The notes beneath the pieces were generated by a model. It did no database searches. It was not told the DNA's origin and saw only the letters and a program-made list of their open reading frames with translations. This document shows, piece after piece, positions 8,419 through 17,764 of a DNA stretch of 64,000 bases. Positions within the stretch are counted from its first letter, which is position 1. Each line of letters opens with the position of its first letter. Both the position numbers and the translations under genes were made by a program. Source of the DNA: a virus (Duplodnaviria > Heunggongvirae > Uroviricota > Caudoviricetes); IMG/VR virus record IMGVR_UViG_3300021475_000005, one strand, 5' to 3'.

Positions 8419-8703
8419 ATGGCAAATTATCGTACAAAGCAATTCGAAGTCAGCGTTCATAAGTACACGGGTGAGCGTAAGGACGACCTTCCTGACTGGG
8501 TGCAAGCTTTCCAGTCCTATGCGCCCGAGGGCGGCTCTATGGGCGTCGGTAGGGATGCTGTCGGGACGCTCTTGATCCCAACAGGTACAGGGCTCGAAAA
8601 ATGCTTGCCCGGCGATTATATCGTCCTCGACGGCGCTGCAATGAAGGCGTATAAGGCAGCCGAGTTCGACCGTCTGTTTGAAGAGTATACCGAACAGGCC
8701 TAA
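8419..8703 (+). CDS. hypothetical protein
   Basis: An AGGAG ribosome-binding site lies at 8411 with the ATG at 8419. 94 aa. Confidence 0.5.
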   Translation: MANYRTKQFEVSVHKYTGERKDDLPDWVQAFQSYAPEGGSMGVGRDAVGTLLIPTGTGLEKCLPGDYIVLDGAAMKAYKAAEFDRLFEEYTEQA

Positions 8704-8756
8704 ATCGTCACGGGGCAACTTTATGCACGGCAATCCATCAGACATCGTGATGGCGC

Positions 8757-9200
8757 ATGCTTTCCAGCAGACGCCACGTACATGGTGGCAAAAACTGCGC
8801 GCCTACTTCGGTTATGCGTCGTAGCCCCTATCGCGGCGGGATGCCGTACCGCCCAATGCTGCACTGGCCCTATGAGCGTCGTCCCGGCGACTTTTTGAGG
8901 CATTGGGAAGACCTACACTTTTACGGATTCACGCGGGTCCGTCCTTTCTACTGCATCTTCACTGATCCTGTCAGCGGGATGCTCAATCTCCAGCATAAGA
9001 ATCTCCTCAACAAGATACACCGTGCACGGCGGCTTGGTCGGAAGATGTTCAAGAACTCGCGGCCCTTTTATAAAAGCCGTGCGCGCATCCCGGATGAAAT
9101 TGAAGCCATTCGCTACAGAGCAGCACTCAATCGCTCGAAAGATGCACGTCGCGACAGGATCGAACTCGTCGAATTGGAATTGATTCCCTTCTGGGATTGA
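8757..9200 (+). CDS. hypothetical basic protein (weak call)
   Basis: Arg-rich 147-aa ORF. Competing minus-strand ORFs exist at 8721-9203, so the coding status of this 550-bp stretch is unclear. Confidence 0.2.
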   Translation: MLSSRRHVHGGKNCAPTSVMRRSPYRGGMPYRPMLHWPYERRPGDFLRHWEDLHFYGFTRVRPFYCIFTDPVSGMLNLQHKNLLNKIHRARRLGRKMFKNSRPFYKSRARIPDEIEAIRYRAALNRSKDARRDRIELVELELIPFWD

Positions 9201-9253
9201 CACCTTAGCCGCGACAGCCTATGTCCAATTCCTCGACAGGTTGAGGGATTCGG

Positions 9254-10303
9254 ATGCCAAAGCCATACAAGCTAGCCGTCCTTATTGGACGCTTTCAGCC
9301 TTTCCATCGCGGGCACGAGCAGGTCATGCTTGATGCATTATCCAATGCTGACCGGCTTCTTGTGATGGTTGGATCGTCTAACCTTTCGCGCACTACGCGT
9401 AATCCGTTCTCCTATGAAGAACGTGAGAGTATGATCATGCAAGCCATGTGTGATAAAGGCGTCGAAGGGCAAGTCGAAATCATTCCTCTTTCAGACAATC
9501 CGTATGAACTTCAAAGCTGGATAACATCCGTTCAAAACCACATAAAATCGTTGTTCCCTTTTGGCAACGATAAAGATGTCGCAATCACCGGCCATGAACG
9601 CGACCAGTCGAGTTTCTATTTGAAGCAGTTTCCGCAATGGGGATTTATTCAGCCTAAAATTCATTCGTTGCATATCAATGCAACGGAAATCCGCGAAGTC
9701 TATTTTGGCAGCGAAGGATGGTTCGATATGCTCGCCAAGAACTGGCTGCCAAAATCTTCGCTCGAATTTCTAATCGAATTCACTCGCGGACATCATTTCA
9801 AAGATATTTGTGCCGAGAAGACATTCGAAGTCGAATATCGTAAGAGATGGGGTAAAGGTCCATTCCAGACTGTCGATCCTGTTGTGATTCAGTCCGGGCA
9901 CCTCCTAACTGTGATCAGAAAGGATGCCCCGGGCAAAGGAATGCTTGCCTTGCCGGGTGGTCACGTAGAATACGGTGAGACCTGTGACGCTGCTGTGATC
10001 CGCGAACTCTTCGAAGAAACCCGCATTCATTTTCATGTCAAAAATAAAGACCTTCGTGTCCAACGAATTTGGCAAGGCTTTCGTGGGCGTCGCCGGTTCG
10101 ACGATCCGGCGCGGTCGTGCAGGGCGCATGTCATCACAGAAGCATTCCTCTTCAAGCTTCCGGATTATGACGAATTTCCATCCGTCCTTGGGGCTGATGA
10201 TGCCGAGATCGCGATGTGGACGCCACTCAGCGAGCTACGGTCACACAACATGTTCGAGGATCATTTCTGGATAGTTCAGAAGATGATTTCGACGTATCTA
10301 TGA
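9254..10303 (+). CDS. natV: bifunctional nicotinamide mononucleotide adenylyltransferase / Nudix ADP-ribose pyrophosphatase (NatV-like)
   Basis: The N-terminus has the GRFQPFHRGH nucleotidyltransferase motif of NadM-type NMNAT. The C-terminus has a Nudix box (GGHVEYGETCDAAVIRELFEETRI). Confidence 0.8.
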   Translation: MPKPYKLAVLIGRFQPFHRGHEQVMLDALSNADRLLVMVGSSNLSRTTRNPFSYEERESMIMQAMCDKGVEGQVEIIPLSDNPYELQSWITSVQNHIKSLFPFGNDKDVAITGHERDQSSFYLKQFPQWGFIQPKIHSLHINATEIREVYFGSEGWFDMLAKNWLPKSSLEFLIEFTRGHHFKDICAEKTFEVEYRKRWGKGPFQTVDPVVIQSGHLLTVIRKDAPGKGMLALPGGHVEYGETCDAAVIRELFEETRIHFHVKNKDLRVQRIWQGFRGRRRFDDPARSCRAHVITEAFLFKLPDYDEFPSVLGADDAEIAMWTPLSELRSHNMFEDHFWIVQKMISTYL

Positions 10304-10313
10304 AGGAAGTTTT

Positions 10314-11738
10314 ATGAGCCTGCCCACCTATCTTAAGCCACAACCGTACAATTCGATCATCGACGCGGATAGTTATAAAGTGCCTCATTGGATGTTCTAT
10401 CGTGAGGGCATCAAAAGCGTCTACAGCTTTATCGAGTCGCGTGGCGGCGAGCATGACACGATCATGATGGCAGGTCTTCAACCTCTTCTTTACGAAAAAA
10501 TTGCTCAACCCGTGCAAGATTGGGAGATCGAGGAGGCAGGAGAATTCTTCGCGAAGCATTTTGGCTTTCCCTCTTATTTCAACAAGAATATGTGGGATGA
10601 GATCGTCAATAAATGGGATAGAAAGCTTCCTCTCGAAATCCGTGCACTGCCTGAAGGTCTCCTCGTTCCCAAGCATACACCGATGGTTACCGTACAGAAC
10701 CATGGCGGGAAGGTTCTTGCGCCATTAACGAGCTACAAAGAGACCATGCTGATGCGGAATGTTTGGCCCGCATGCTCTATCGCGACTCGCGTCTTTCGTA
10801 TGAAGCAGCGTCTCAAGCCGTTTTACGACGAAACAAGCGATAACCCGATTTCGCCTTTTGCAGTTCTTGACTTCTCATCGCGCGGAGTTTTCGGCGACGA
10901 TCATTCCAAGATTGCAGGCGCAGTATTTTGCTTCATGTTTCAAGGTTCCGATAACATGCTCGGAATCCGTCATGCAAATTATTACTATTTCCACGAAATG
11001 TCGGCATTTTCTGTGGCGGCGACCGAACACAGTATTGCAAGCGGATGGGTGCACGACGACGACGGCTACATCGACAACTGTCTCGAAAAAGCGCTGCCTA
11101 ATTCCATCCTTTCGATGGTCGGTGACACTTGGAATATCTTCGAGTTCGCCAAGAAGCTCTGCCGGGGGGATCGGCAAGCGATCATAGCAAACAAAAATCT
11201 CAGTATCGTCGGGCGTCCAGATTCCGGAGAACGCTATGACGTGTTGCCACAATTTCTTGCGACTTTGTATCAAGGTGTCGGCGCACGCAAAAATTCTAAG
11301 GGCTACGACGTATTGAACTTGAACATGAAAGCTCTCTGGGCCGATGGGATGAATGAGGACACCATTACAGAGCCAAATCAGATCGCGAAGGATATGAAAA
11401 TCGCAGCGGACTGTGTGTTGACAGGTGCTGGTGGTGGAATTGCTGCCGCAAAACTGGACCGCGATACCGACCGATGGGCTATGAAAGCTTCCACATATTT
11501 GATGGAAGACGGCTCACAGATGGAGATTTTCAAAGACCCAATCACCGATCCGGGTAAAAAATCCAAGCGTGGGAGATTTACTGTTCGTCCAGATGGGTAT
11601 GGACACACGCTAGTCGGACGCAGATTTGGTGATACCGAATTCGCCGATGATCTCCTCGGTATCCGTTACCTAAACGGCGACGTTCTCAACGCAGCGATTT
11701 TGGAGGACATTCGCAGGCTTGTGGACTCTCAACTATGA
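10314..11738 (+). CDS. nadV: nicotinamide phosphoribosyltransferase (Nampt/NadV)
   Basis: 474-aa ORF. It contains DSYKVPHW, LEIRALPEGLLVPKHTPMVTVQN, NSKGYDVL and FKDPITDPGKKSKRGRFTV, which parallel conserved Nampt blocks. Confidence 0.85.
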   Translation: MSLPTYLKPQPYNSIIDADSYKVPHWMFYREGIKSVYSFIESRGGEHDTIMMAGLQPLLYEKIAQPVQDWEIEEAGEFFAKHFGFPSYFNKNMWDEIVNKWDRKLPLEIRALPEGLLVPKHTPMVTVQNHGGKVLAPLTSYKETMLMRNVWPACSIATRVFRMKQRLKPFYDETSDNPISPFAVLDFSSRGVFGDDHSKIAGAVFCFMFQGSDNMLGIRHANYYYFHEMSAFSVAATEHSIASGWVHDDDGYIDNCLEKALPNSILSMVGDTWNIFEFAKKLCRGDRQAIIANKNLSIVGRPDSGERYDVLPQFLATLYQGVGARKNSKGYDVLNLNMKALWADGMNEDTITEPNQIAKDMKIAADCVLTGAGGGIAAAKLDRDTDRWAMKASTYLMEDGSQMEIFKDPITDPGKKSKRGRFTVRPDGYGHTLVGRRFGDTEFADDLLGIRYLNGDVLNAAILEDIRRLVDSQL

Positions 11739-12214
11739 GCGCCATTTCCCATGACGAACTCAGTCAGATCGAACGACGCATAACCGAGACTGGTCTTCTC
11801 TTGACTCCGGAAGAGGCTCAGAAATTGATCGGAACGACTCGGCGGCTGATGTCGGCTGAGTTCTGGAACAAATTTGTCTATCCTGAAGGCGCACTTGCGC
11901 AAGACGTTCAGAACGAACTCAATGATTATAAGTTTTTGCTGGAGCAGGTCTCTCTTGTCTACTGCCATGTAACAGGTGGTCTGCTTTCGAAGACAAACTA
12001 TTTTGCTTCGGAAGTGATTTCCGCGATGGATCGCTTTGTTGAGCACATGATCGACGAGGCCGTACTTGAGGCCCGAGAGGAGTGGGAAGAAGAACACATA
12101 GCCACCATGGATCGCTTTGTTGAGCACATGATCGACGAGGCCGTACTTGAGGCCCGAGAGGAGTGGGAAGAAGAACACATAGCCACCATGGAAAAGCTGA
12201 CTCTAGATGACTAA
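11735..12214 (+). CDS. hypothetical protein carrying an in-frame duplicated 27-aa segment
   Basis: ORF of 159 aa. The segment MDRFVEHMIDEAVLEAREEWEEEHIAT occurs twice in tandem. Confidence 0.5.
   Translation: MSAISHDELSQIERRITETGLLLTPEEAQKLIGTTRRLMSAEFWNKFVYPEGALAQDVQNELNDYKFLLEQVSLVYCHVTGGLLSKTNYFASEVISAMDRFVEHMIDEAVLEAREEWEEEHIATMDRFVEHMIDEAVLEAREEWEEEHIATMEKLTLDD
12026..12187 (+). repeat. perfect 81-bp direct tandem duplication (2 copies) inside a CDS
   Basis: 12026-12106 is identical to 12107-12187. The next 5 nt (atgga) also match the repeat start. Confidence 0.9.
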
Positions 12215-12449
12215 CAAGCTTGGCCTGTTCATTCTGGACGAGGCACCTCTGGCGATCAAAGAACTCGTTTGGGATTATGGCGAGGGGGAAGTGATCCGTG
12301 CGCGCTTCGCATTACAATCTGAGGACGCAGACGTTCTCGGTAGTTTTCTCAAGAAAAATCGTCAAGTGTCTCAGCAAAAAATCGAAGAACGTCTGGCAGC
12401 GGACGAAGTCGGAAAAACCATCAATAAATCCCTTCGTGGAAAGTTATAG
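12207..12449 (+). CDS. hypothetical protein
   Basis: 80-aa ORF. Confidence 0.4.
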   Translation: MTNKLGLFILDEAPLAIKELVWDYGEGEVIRARFALQSEDADVLGSFLKKNRQVSQQKIEERLAADEVGKTINKSLRGKL

Positions 12450-13553
12450 ATGTCGATAATCAAACCGCCAGACTTGTTAGGTCAGCTTTCAATAGCGGAT
12501 ATGGATAAACTAATGAAAGAGTCCTATATCGGCGGTAAGTCAATTTCGGAACAGATTTTCGAAAGAAACTATCTCAATCAAGTCAATTTTGTTATGGCTC
12601 CCAATCAGAAAAAAATGTGCGAAGCCGTTCTGGCTAGTCGTGAATTTTTTCAAGGATCGAGTCTACCACACATTATGCCGTGGATGGCTCATCGACCTAT
12701 TTTTAGAGAATTCCTTTGGGGTCCGAATGGAGAATGGACAGGGCTGCTTCGTACAGACGATTTCAAAGTTTTCGATCAAATGGACTATGGGGAATCTTAT
12801 GAGATGGTTATTTCTAACACAAGAAACAGTTATGGAAGTAATTTAGCACTACCGTTTAAAGGGCGTGCTGCATACGAAAATCGCTGGATGAGGTGGGATG
12901 AAAGGATTTCTCACGGATTTTTAAATGCGACAGGATTGTCTATAGCAATGTACGACCCAAAAGTCGCAGTCTTTTTCGACAACTATCAATCGATGATGGA
13001 ATATACGCGATATGTAGGTGCGCGATCTCCTGCGGTTCCGATTATTCTAGAGATGGCGTCTTTTATTCAATATCTCGATCTGAACGCTTCCATTATCGCA
13101 CAATGGAGCGATGCCATGATGAGGCCGAAATATAAATACTGCTATGGTGCGTTGCGCGATGGCAAAGATAGGTTCAGTCCTCTTGGTGTTATGCTGGACT
13201 TCATGGATTGCGAGTGGGTCTGGGATCACGACGATGCCGAATGGAATGCTGTCGATTGTGATGAGAATAATGTTATCTCTAGTTCTCGGGCTCGTTCTCT
13301 CTTTAAAATTCCTAGCGGAATTTCAAATAACTCGGTTGAATTCGGGATTCAGTTATTGACGGATGTTTCCGATAAGTTTTCCGATTTTGGACGTTTCTGC
13401 GAGTACCTAAAATTGGCTGACGAGATCGTAGGCGACCGTCAGCAGATAGTTCGGCGCGCATTTGATTCCAATCCGGATCAACATCGATACCGGATGGCGG
13501 ATCAGATAAGTCTCGTGCGTCCTGAAACGCTTTTCTGGAATTCAAAGGTATGA
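12450..13553 (+). CDS. hypothetical protein encoded by an AT-rich gene
   Basis: 367-aa ORF. GC content is visibly lower (about 40%) than the flanking genes (about 52%). I recognise no motifs. Confidence 0.5.
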   Translation: MSIIKPPDLLGQLSIADMDKLMKESYIGGKSISEQIFERNYLNQVNFVMAPNQKKMCEAVLASREFFQGSSLPHIMPWMAHRPIFREFLWGPNGEWTGLLRTDDFKVFDQMDYGESYEMVISNTRNSYGSNLALPFKGRAAYENRWMRWDERISHGFLNATGLSIAMYDPKVAVFFDNYQSMMEYTRYVGARSPAVPIILEMASFIQYLDLNASIIAQWSDAMMRPKYKYCYGALRDGKDRFSPLGVMLDFMDCEWVWDHDDAEWNAVDCDENNVISSSRARSLFKIPSGISNNSVEFGIQLLTDVSDKFSDFGRFCEYLKLADEIVGDRQQIVRRAFDSNPDQHRYRMADQISLVRPETLFWNSKV

Positions 13554-13996
13554 GCACCGTCCTCGTCTGCGGAGCTAGATTTGACGTTCGGATCGAGCAC
13601 ATCTATGCGGTCCTCGACGGCATTCAGCAGGTACTAAAATTCCCGCAGGAAACAATTTTTGTGCATGGTGGGGCGCGAGGCACAGATCGCTTTTCCGGCG
13701 CATGGGCACGCTGGCGAGGATTTCAGGAATCTGTATGCGCTATCGACACGGCGCTCGACGATAACGACAAAGGGGGCGCACCGAAACGCCGTAATATTCG
13801 GATGAAGGAAACCTTCCAGCCGGAATGGGCGATCTGCTTTCCGGGCGGTCCCGGAACAAGGCATATGATGGATATTTGCCTAAAGGACAGAAAAATGCAA
13901 GTTTTGGACGTGGAAATCGAAGGTACCAATTTTACGGTTTGGTGGCTGCGATTCGGTCTCCCAGTCATGGTTCTAACGCAAGGAATTCTCAAATGA
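13550..13996 (+). CDS. SLOG / DUF2493-family Rossmann-like protein
   Basis: Contains VLVCGARFDV, IFVHGGARGTDRFSGAWARWRG, APKRRNIRM and AICFPGGPGTRHM. This is the DUF2493 (YspA/SLOG) pattern. Confidence 0.55.
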   Translation: MSTVLVCGARFDVRIEHIYAVLDGIQQVLKFPQETIFVHGGARGTDRFSGAWARWRGFQESVCAIDTALDDNDKGGAPKRRNIRMKETFQPEWAICFPGGPGTRHMMDICLKDRKMQVLDVEIEGTNFTVWWLRFGLPVMVLTQGILK

Positions 13997-14370
13997 CACA
14001 ACGCTCGACGTTTTCTCATGGCAACGAAATTCTTACCGATGGTAGGACTGTCTGGGTAAATGGTCTCGACGGCGCATGTCTTGGGCGGTTCTCCAAAAAT
14101 GGCTATGAGATTATGAATGCCGGTACGCCACCACCGAAATCGAGTCATTATCTTTTGGCTGAAGCGGGACCTACCGATCTCGACGATTGGGAAGTTTTCT
14201 GTGTCTGCATGATGGGGCACCATAACATCGATGTACCTTTCGATTACGCACCGGATTTTCTCGATGTGAGTCCAGTCGGATTTTGGGGCGAAGTTCGACG
14301 CACAATAAAGAGCCGAACTTTTTGGGAGGGATTCTTTGATACTTTCACTTTTGCTGGAATCTGGAAATGA
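13993..14370 (+). CDS. hypothetical protein
   Basis: The ATG at 13993 overlaps the upstream stop. 125 aa. Confidence 0.4.
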   Translation: MTQRSTFSHGNEILTDGRTVWVNGLDGACLGRFSKNGYEIMNAGTPPPKSSHYLLAEAGPTDLDDWEVFCVCMMGHHNIDVPFDYAPDFLDVSPVGFWGEVRRTIKSRTFWEGFFDTFTFAGIWK

Positions 14371-15458
14371 GACAGCTTTACGATCCCATTTACAAATTCG
14401 ATACGAAAGGAAAAGTTCGTGTTTGGCGCATGGAACAAGAGAATGGACGCCATCGCACGATTGCTGGAATCAAAGACGGTAATCTTGTTACAAGCGGCTG
14501 GACCCAGTGCGAGCACACAAATGTCGGGCAGTCCAATCATCGCGACCCGGTCGAGCAGGCAAGTTTTGAGATTGCTGCTGCGTATAAGAAAAAGTTGACG
14601 CGAGAGTATCACGAGACAATTGAAGGGGCCAAAGGCGGAGCACACTTCTTTAAGCCAATGCTGGCTGAGAAGTATGACGCAAAGAAATTCACGTCGGGAT
14701 TTGCGCAACCTAAGCTTGATGGTATCCGTTGTATCATCAAAGCTGATGGTATGTGGTCTCGTGAAGGCAGGCCAATTAAAGGTGCGCCACATATTTTTGA
14801 AGCTCTCGTATCTCTATTCCAACAAATTCCCGATCTCGTTCTTGACGGCGAGATTTACAATCACGATCTCAAGGATGATTTCAATACGATTGTCTCAATC
14901 GTGAAAAATCAGACTCCGAACACCGACGAGTTGGAGAAATCACGGCTGCTCGCTCAATATCATAGCTACGATTTACCTTCTCATACTGGTCCGTTTCGGG
15001 AACGCACTTTGATGTTGGGCAAGCTCCTTCAAGGCTATGCTCCGATGATCCAGCGTGTACAGACCCAGAGTGTTGATACGGTTGAAGTCTACGATAAGTG
15101 GCATCTCGAATGGCTTGAGGCTCGCTACGAAGGGTCTATGTGGCGCGACGATAAACCTTACGAGCAGAAACGCTCGAAAACTCTGCGTAAGCGTAAGGAG
15201 TTCATCGACGAAGAATTCGAAGTCGTGCGGATCGAAGAGGGTCTCGGAAATTGGGCCGGTGCTGCAAAGAATGTGATCTGCCGCTTCCCTGATGGTCGCG
15301 AGTTCGGTGCCGGTATCGCTGGGACGTACGAGCGCGGCGTCGAGCTTCTTCACGAGAAGCACAAGGTCGTGACGATCAAATATTTTGCGCTGACGCCGGA
15401 CGGCATTCCGCGTTTCGGCGTCGCAACCAAATTCCATGGCGATAAGAGAGAGCTATGA
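14367..15458 (+). CDS. lig: ATP-dependent DNA ligase (T7-like)
   Basis: Motif I KLDGIRC, motif III LVLDGEIY, motif IV EGSMWRDD and motif V LRKRKEF. At 363 aa it is similar in length to T7 ligase. Confidence 0.8.
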   Translation: MRQLYDPIYKFDTKGKVRVWRMEQENGRHRTIAGIKDGNLVTSGWTQCEHTNVGQSNHRDPVEQASFEIAAAYKKKLTREYHETIEGAKGGAHFFKPMLAEKYDAKKFTSGFAQPKLDGIRCIIKADGMWSREGRPIKGAPHIFEALVSLFQQIPDLVLDGEIYNHDLKDDFNTIVSIVKNQTPNTDELEKSRLLAQYHSYDLPSHTGPFRERTLMLGKLLQGYAPMIQRVQTQSVDTVEVYDKWHLEWLEARYEGSMWRDDKPYEQKRSKTLRKRKEFIDEEFEVVRIEEGLGNWAGAAKNVICRFPDGREFGAGIAGTYERGVELLHEKHKVVTIKYFALTPDGIPRFGVATKFHGDKREL

Positions 15459-15670
15459 CAAAGAAAAAAGTCTTGGAACTCAAGAATGGCGTCTATCGAA
15501 TTTTCTGGAGAGAGGGAGGTAGCTCGTTAGCTGCTGTCGGTATAACTGATTCTGGCGACCGCTGGATGGCACCCACAAATTGGACTGCACTCGACGAGAA
15601 ATATCCGAAAGTTGCTGTCACTCATGTTTGGCGTGAGGTCAAATCTGCTGTGCTGTTGATAGCCGCCTAG
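15455..15670 (+). CDS. hypothetical protein
   Basis: 71-aa ORF coupled to the ligase. Confidence 0.35.
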   Translation: MTKKKVLELKNGVYRIFWREGGSSLAAVGITDSGDRWMAPTNWTALDEKYPKVAVTHVWREVKSAVLLIAA

Positions 15671-15715
15671 AAGAGGAAACCATGCTTATCCGATTGACGT
15701 ATACAGGAGCTAGAT

Positions 15716-16102
15716 GTGTATCCGCGAACTGAATATGAAATGACCAAGGTTGACCTTGGTGAACTTCTTAAAGCGTGTAAGCCCGTCCCATATATGGTGA
15801 TTGGTGGCATGGAGCCGCCGTCGCCTCAAGAGAACGCCAACGCCGCTTGGGCACGTCTCGGAGCTAAAATGGGGTTCGATAGCAATTCCGTCCGCCCAGT
15901 CGATGGTAAGGGCCAGAGGTTCTTTACGGCGGTTCCTAACGAGACAGAGGATCAGCGGACGGAGCGCTTAGCTCACGAGGCAGCAGACAAGCGGCGATAT
16001 GACATTAAGCGGCTCGCTGCCGAAATCGCCGACCGCCAAAAGCAACTCGACACGCTTGAAGCCGCAGACTACCAAGCACAACTCGATGCACACAAGGTTT
16101 AG
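15716..16102 (+). CDS. hypothetical protein
   Basis: 128-aa ORF. Confidence 0.4.
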   Translation: MYPRTEYEMTKVDLGELLKACKPVPYMVIGGMEPPSPQENANAAWARLGAKMGFDSNSVRPVDGKGQRFFTAVPNETEDQRTERLAHEAADKRRYDIKRLAAEIADRQKQLDTLEAADYQAQLDAHKV

Positions 16103-16120
16103 CGGTCAAGCTGGATAGGC

Positions 16121-16345
16121 ATGGAGGAAACTATGACTCAGAGCCTTATTAAAGACGAGCAGACCCCGACAGAGCGCGAGCTTCTCAGAGATGCGTGGGG
16201 GGCGCTGAACTTCATTCTGGCCTTCTACGAGCCGGGCCAGCGTCATCTCGATACCGAAGCTTGGAAACGTGCTGAGGCCGATGGTAGGCGTGTACACGCC
16301 GCGCTAAGAGAGTATCTTGATGCGGTTGCGCCCAATGACGGATGA
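16121..16345 (+). CDS. hypothetical protein
   Basis: 74-aa ORF. Confidence 0.35.
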   Translation: MEETMTQSLIKDEQTPTERELLRDAWGALNFILAFYEPGQRHLDTEAWKRAEADGRRVHAALREYLDAVAPNDG

Positions 16346-16553
16346 GAATCGTCTGTTCGAACGCGCATTCAATATCCGCCCAACCTTTCGCCTCATTCGA
16401 CGTGATATCGTGCCTCATCTTCACGACATCACACGCTACTATAACACTTATGAAGACGGGGTTGGCGGAAGCTATGTGACCGAAGTTAGGCCGGTGGTTA
16501 CTATAGAATTCGTAGCAGTTCCAGAAAGAAGGAGGTTGTATCGTGGCGCGTAG
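16317..16553 (+). CDS. hypothetical protein
   Basis: 78-aa ORF overlapping its neighbours. Confidence 0.25.
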   Translation: MMRLRPMTDENRLFERAFNIRPTFRLIRRDIVPHLHDITRYYNTYEDGVGGSYVTEVRPVVTIEFVAVPERRRLYRGA

Positions 16554-16758
16554 CATTCAACGCATTCCAATTATCCTAGCAGAGCTACAGACCTTTTGGG
16601 AGCGTCATCCAGACCTGCGGCTCGGTCAAGTATTCTACATGATAGTAGACGGAGATTTCTTCTACATGGAAGACGAGAGGATTCTGGAGAACCTCGTCAA
16701 GAATCGCGATGTCGAGTGTCACCTATGCGCTCCTGAAAACAAAAAGGCCGGGAAATAA
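16543..16758 (+). CDS. hypothetical protein
   Basis: 71-aa ORF ending just before the terminator hairpin. Confidence 0.35.
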   Translation: MARSIQRIPIILAELQTFWERHPDLRLGQVFYMIVDGDFFYMEDERILENLVKNRDVECHLCAPENKKAGK

Positions 16759-16775
16759 TCCCGGCCTTTCCGAAT
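16741..16775. terminator. bidirectional rho-independent terminator between convergent gene blocks
   Basis: The sequence AAAGGCCGGGA-aataa-TCCCGGCCTTT forms a perfect 11-bp stem with A/T runs on both sides. Confidence 0.75.
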
Positions 16776-16792
16776 TTTGTGCCTTGTAAAAA

Positions 16793-17545
16793 TCAGTTCA
16801 GGCCCATGCGCCCGACGACCTGTCCGAGAAGAATTACCTTCGTGATCGGAATCTCGTCGAAATTTGTCCGGTCTTTCGCATAGAGTCGCAGCATCGAACT
16901 GCGCGCCGGGCGTTCCAAGAAACCCACACGCATTTCTTTATGCCGCGCATTGCCGGTGGCATAGACATATTCTGCGCCGAGCGCGCCGGGGATCGAATTG
17001 CGCTTGACGACGACCATGTCGCCGCGCTTGGCGGTCGCAGCATCGTCTTCGAGTTCGACAAGAACCGTTTCGGAGACATCCATCTCGTAGCGGGACTGGA
17101 ACCATTCGCTGTTGAACGAGCACTGATTGACCGGCTCGAAAGAGTCTTTCGACACCATGAAACGATATTGGGGAACCACAGCAGCTTTCGGCGTCCCAAA
17201 GGCGAGCCATTCGGGCGTCACCTGAAGGTATTTCGCGATCTGCTCGATCACGTAGAGCTTGAGTTCCGCCTTTCCGGTTTCATAGTTCGAATAGGTATTG
17301 CGGGCGCAGCGGAATTCGGTGCCGTCTTTGAGCCTCAGCGTGATGCGTGCAGCGATGTCGCCGTGGCTGAGGCCCAGTTCCGTACGTCTGGCGCAAAGCC
17401 GCTCTGGGATCGTCTGAGGGGTGCTGAGAGCCTCTTCCGTATGGGTCTGGGATTGTATGCGATTCTCGTTGTGACTGGGCACCACTTTCAGGTGCGGCTT
17501 GCGTGGGGTCGCGGCTGGCTTGCGCATCGTTGCAGATTTCGCCAT
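16793..17545 (-). CDS. CI/LexA-like repressor (HTH-XRE N-terminal domain plus S24 peptidase-like C-terminal domain)
   Basis: An HTH segment (LCARRTELGLSHGDIAARI) is followed by a C-terminus resembling the lambda CI/LexA autocleavage domain (GDMVVVKRN ... ITKVILLGQVVGRM). Confidence 0.55.
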   Translation of the reverse strand: MAKSATMRKPAATPRKPHLKVVPSHNENRIQSQTHTEEALSTPQTIPERLCARRTELGLSHGDIAARITLRLKDGTEFRCARNTYSNYETGKAELKLYVIEQIAKYLQVTPEWLAFGTPKAAVVPQYRFMVSKDSFEPVNQCSFNSEWFQSRYEMDVSETVLVELEDDAATAKRGDMVVVKRNSIPGALGAEYVYATGNARHKEMRVGFLERPARSSMLRLYAKDRTNFDEIPITKVILLGQVVGRMGLN

Positions 17546-17764
17546 CGGGTTACTCCTTCGGTTGGGCTGCTGTCGGATTTCATAACGACAAGTGTCGTGT
17601 TTCGTTGCAGCCGTGAATTACATCGTAGACGGAGTATTAGTTCCCCTCTGGCAACAAGTCAAGTCTAAATTCAAAAATTTGGGAGAAAAAATGGTATTCG
17701 CGACAGGTATTGTCAACCCGCGCGTCCGGCAATATGATGAAATTTCAAGGGCTTAGAGAATTAA

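Noticed and set aside
11729-12178. 149-aa minus-strand ORF containing its own internal repeat
   Set aside because: It is the mirror image of the 81-bp tandem duplication in the plus-strand gene. The repeat artificially extends an antisense frame.
16834-17210. Arg-rich minus-strand ORFs (121 and 90 aa) overlapping the repressor gene
   Set aside because: They are alternative frames of the same strand as the 250-aa CI-like ORF, which has HTH and S24-like features. They are poly-Arg artefacts of GC-rich codons.
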